This document shows positions 61,858 through 64,000 of a stretch of 64,000 nucleotides of DNA, piece after piece. The notes under the pieces were generated by a model, which saw nothing but the letters and a program-made list of their open reading frames with translations, searched no databases and had not been told where the DNA came from. Each line of letters opens with the position of its first letter. Position 1 is the first letter of the stretch. Position numbers and translations under genes: made by a program. The stretch is from a virus: positions 64,001-128,000 of the IMG/VR virus record IMGVR_UViG_3300028920_002946; one strand, given 5' to 3'.

Positions 61858-62853
61858 TCACGTAACACTTTGGTATCCCGCGGCCGCGAGGGCCCGGCGC
61901 ATGCCCGAAACCAGGAACCTGCTCCCCCCGAACACCACGAGCACGGACGGGAACGGGGCGCTGTTGCTCATGCCCCCGAACTTGAGCCGGCCCTTTATGT
62001 ATATGCGATATCCGTTAGAAGCGTACTCGTGCCACCACTTCGTGTCTGTACGTGAGGGTACAAGACAAACAACCATACATCCCTGCAAACTTTCCTCATA
62101 AGCTTTCTGCATCCACTTCACCACACTTCTACCATAAGGAGGATTAAGCCACAAGGATATCTTGTCCGTCATTAAAGATTTGATGAACCCGCCAAAAATG
62201 GGTATAATAGCGTTATGAACAACACAACCATCGCTTACTGCGCCGGGCTTTTCGATGGTGAGGGCTGTATTCACATCAAGAAAAGAATTTCCAAGGCCCC
62301 CAGCCGAAAAGAGAGGTCTCCCAACTACATGCTTACTGTCAAGCTGAAAATGGTGCACAAACCAACGATTGAACTGTTCAAGAAAGTATTCAAGGTTGGG
62401 ACAATAACATTCGAGAAACCTGGAAAGAACAACAAGCGCATTGCATGGAGATGGAATGTCGCCGCCCATGATGCCATCACAGTTCTCACAACAATGCGGC
62501 CCTACCTCAAAATCAAAGTCGGAGAAGTCGATACTGCCCTTGAATTCATCAAGATTAACACCAGATCCGTCTACGGAGTCAGAACCGTCCCTTCTCACAT
62601 CCTTGCTGAAAGAGAACGACTTTACCAGAAAATGCGCTTTCTCAAGAAATTCGAATGGAAAGTGCCTGTTTGCCAATGACCAACTACAAGACAACCCATC
62701 ATCTCGTTCTGTGTAATATCGGCCACATTTGGAGTTGTCGTGCGACGCGCAGACGTCGATGTCGAAGTGGCACACGGAGTCCACGGCCTTGTAGAAGTCA
62801 TCCGGGGTCTCCCACTCCGTGCTGTTGCTGCTGAACATGACCTTGGTGTCCAT
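61858..62853 (-). CDS. Phage Dam-type N6-adenine methyltransferase carrying an in-frame insert of about 170 codons
   Basis: 'EWETP', 'FDIDVCAS', 'DDGL..SW' [insert] 'WLNPPYG', 'LVPSRTDTKWW', 'GRLKF', 'APFPS'. Confidence 0.9.
   Translation of the reverse strand: MDTKVMFSSNSTEWETPDDFYKAVDSVCHFDIDVCASHDNSKCGRYYTERDDGLSCSWSLANRHFPFEFLEKAHFLVKSFSFSKDVRRDGSDSVDGSGVNLDEFKGSIDFSDFDFEVGPHCCENCDGIMGGDIPSPCNALVVLSRFLECYCPNLEYFLEQFNRWFVHHFQLDSKHVVGRPLFSAGGLGNSFLDVNTALTIEKPGAVSDGCVVHNAIIPIFGGFIKSLMTDKISLWLNPPYGRSVVKWMQKAYEESLQGCMVVCLVPSRTDTKWWHEYASNGYRIYIKGRLKFGGMSNSAPFPSVLVVFGGSRFLVSGMRRALAAAGYQSVT
62180..62208 (+). promoter_or_regulatory. Sigma70-type promoter of the antisense endonuclease, leaderless
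   Basis: TTGATG-N17-TATAAT-N6-ATG. Confidence 0.75.
62215..62679 (+). mobile_element. Single-motif LAGLIDADG homing endonuclease gene, antisense inside the Dam gene
   Basis: 'IAYCAGLFDGEGCIHI', 'LKMVHKPTIE', 'WRW', 'MRPYLKIK'; AT-rich. Confidence 0.9.
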
Positions 62854-62856
62854 AGG

Positions 62857-63834
62857 CTACCCCTTGAGCAACGCCTTGATGTCTATGGCCCCCGCGTCAA
62901 TCCTGCCCCTGTCGTAGTACCTCCAGCGGGCCTTCCAGTTGTCCATCGCGTCCAGCTTCCTCGGCATGTGGGGCCACGTTATGTGCTGGAAGGTCAGCTT
63001 GCCCTGTCCGTCGGTGCCCGTGTAGGACTTGGCGTTGAACTGCATCTCGCGGATCTGCTCCATGGTGCACATCGCCCGGGCGCCGCCGCCCTCGCCGGGG
63101 TTCACGAAGAACTTCATCCCCTTGAGGGCCCTACCGATTCCCGTCCGAAGGCGCTTGTACTTGCCGTAGGGCGTGCCGTAATACGCGTATCCGCTGCATA
63201 TCGCGAGGATGTGCGTGTGGTGCCCCTCGTTCAGCCACCCGTTCGCGCGCGCCTGGACATACGCCTTGGTGAGCGGGAGGTTGAATATGCCCACCCCGCC
63301 GTCGGTCCATATCTTCCCGCGGTCGGTGTCGAGCATCTCGCCGAAGAACCACATGGCGGCGAACGACCTGCAGGCCGCCTCCGCCATCCCGAGGCCGCCG
63401 TCCTTGGCCTCCCAACTCTTGAAGAAATGCGTCCTGCCCCCTACCTCGTCCACGCTGGTGCATATGAACGGCACGACGGAGTCGCCCAAGAGGGCCCCGC
63501 CGCCGAAATGCTTCGCATGAACGTCAACATACGGCTTGCGCGGGTACAGCGGCACCTTCAGGAATCCCCGCTTGGTAAACATCCTCTTGATGACGGCGGC
63601 GGTTTTCCTGTCAGACTCCCCGCGCCTGCCCATCAGAATGCCATTGAATTCCTCGCACGCCATGCCGAGCGAGAGGCAGCTCATGACAACCGAGCCGGCG
63701 GACGTCGTGACCGCCATGTCAATGAGATCCGTGATCCTCTTGTTCGTCTGGCGCTCGATGTGCTCTATCTGGGCCGTCTCGTAGGGCATCTTCGCCCCGC
63801 CGCCCTCGACGACCAAAACCACGTGCCTCTCCAT
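62857..63834 (-). CDS. Patatin-like phospholipase
   Basis: Oxyanion 'VEGGGAK', nucleophile elbow 'TTSAG', catalytic 'DGG'; SD GGGAGG. Confidence 0.8.
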   Translation of the reverse strand: MERHVVLVVEGGGAKMPYETAQIEHIERQTNKRITDLIDMAVTTSAGSVVMSCLSLGMACEEFNGILMGRRGESDRKTAAVIKRMFTKRGFLKVPLYPRKPYVDVHAKHFGGGALLGDSVVPFICTSVDEVGGRTHFFKSWEAKDGGLGMAEAACRSFAAMWFFGEMLDTDRGKIWTDGGVGIFNLPLTKAYVQARANGWLNEGHHTHILAICSGYAYYGTPYGKYKRLRTGIGRALKGMKFFVNPGEGGGARAMCTMEQIREMQFNAKSYTGTDGQGKLTFQHITWPHMPRKLDAMDNWKARWRYYDRGRIDAGAIDIKALLKG

Positions 63835-63859
63835 GCCCAACCCTCCCCGGGGACGGCGG

Positions 63860-64000
63860 TCACAGCCTGTCGCCCCTCTTCATGTCGATCCGCATGCTGC
63901 CGAACGCCACGTCGCCGTCCCGCCCGTAGGCCAGGATGTCGCCGGGCCGCACGGACACCTTGCGTATGGCGCATTTTCTCACGGGGTCCATGAACCGGAG
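63860..64000 (-). CDS. 3' end of a hypothetical protein (truncated by the window edge)
   Basis: Open frame LRFMDPVRKCAIRKVSV...RGDRL*. Confidence 0.5.
   Translation of the reverse strand, partial: LRFMDPVRKCAIRKVSVRPGDILAYGRDGDVAFGSMRIDMKRGDRL

Noticed and set aside
62152-62679. Group I intron or intein explanation for the Dam insert
   Set aside because: Promoter plus antisense ORF occupy nearly the whole insert, leaving no space for a ribozyme core. The Dam-frame translation has no Hint block A/B and no terminal His-Asn. Not fully excluded without RNA data.
1-64000. tRNA, rRNA, CRISPR array, integrase or transposase
   Set aside because: None recognised by eye; intergenic gaps are short and no repeat-spacer periodicity was seen. 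A tRNAscan run would be needed to fully exclude tRNAs.

Overview
A 64-kb segment of a large, high-GC (roughly 65% by eye) tailed-phage genome, transcribed almost entirely on the minus strand. Read right to left it contains a patatin, a Dam-type methylase and a replication/transcription block (primase core, DnaX-like clamp loader, NusG, 5'-3' exonuclease, sigma-like HTH protein, ADP-ribosylglycohydrolase). The morphogenesis region follows: putative small and large terminase, a 1342-aa tail-type protein, portal, intein-containing prohead protease, scaffold, decoration protein and major capsid protein. After that come many probable head-cargo proteins, a 1375-aa multi-module glycosyltransferase and Gly/Thr-rich virion proteins. 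Only three genes are credible on the plus strand. The strongest finding is a promoter-bearing, leaderless LAGLIDADG endonuclease gene inserted antisense inside the Dam gene. It sits codon-in-register and leaves the Dam frame open, with low-GC flanks that look like homing co-conversion. Other candidates are two HTH-LAGLIDADG-methyltransferase fusions, an 11-copy late-promoter-like motif (TAAT-N3-CT-N2-TAAT), and a possible head-cargo system made of a targeting helix plus K-x-A sites. That cargo includes an NDT-like/2H-phosphodiesterase (Acb1-like) fusion. Also noted are a G-x-T-G motif that may be a glycosylation sequon, an isochorismatase-fold protein lacking its catalytic triad, and a candidate structured RNA of about 128 nt. 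All family calls come from motifs read by eye; no searches were run.
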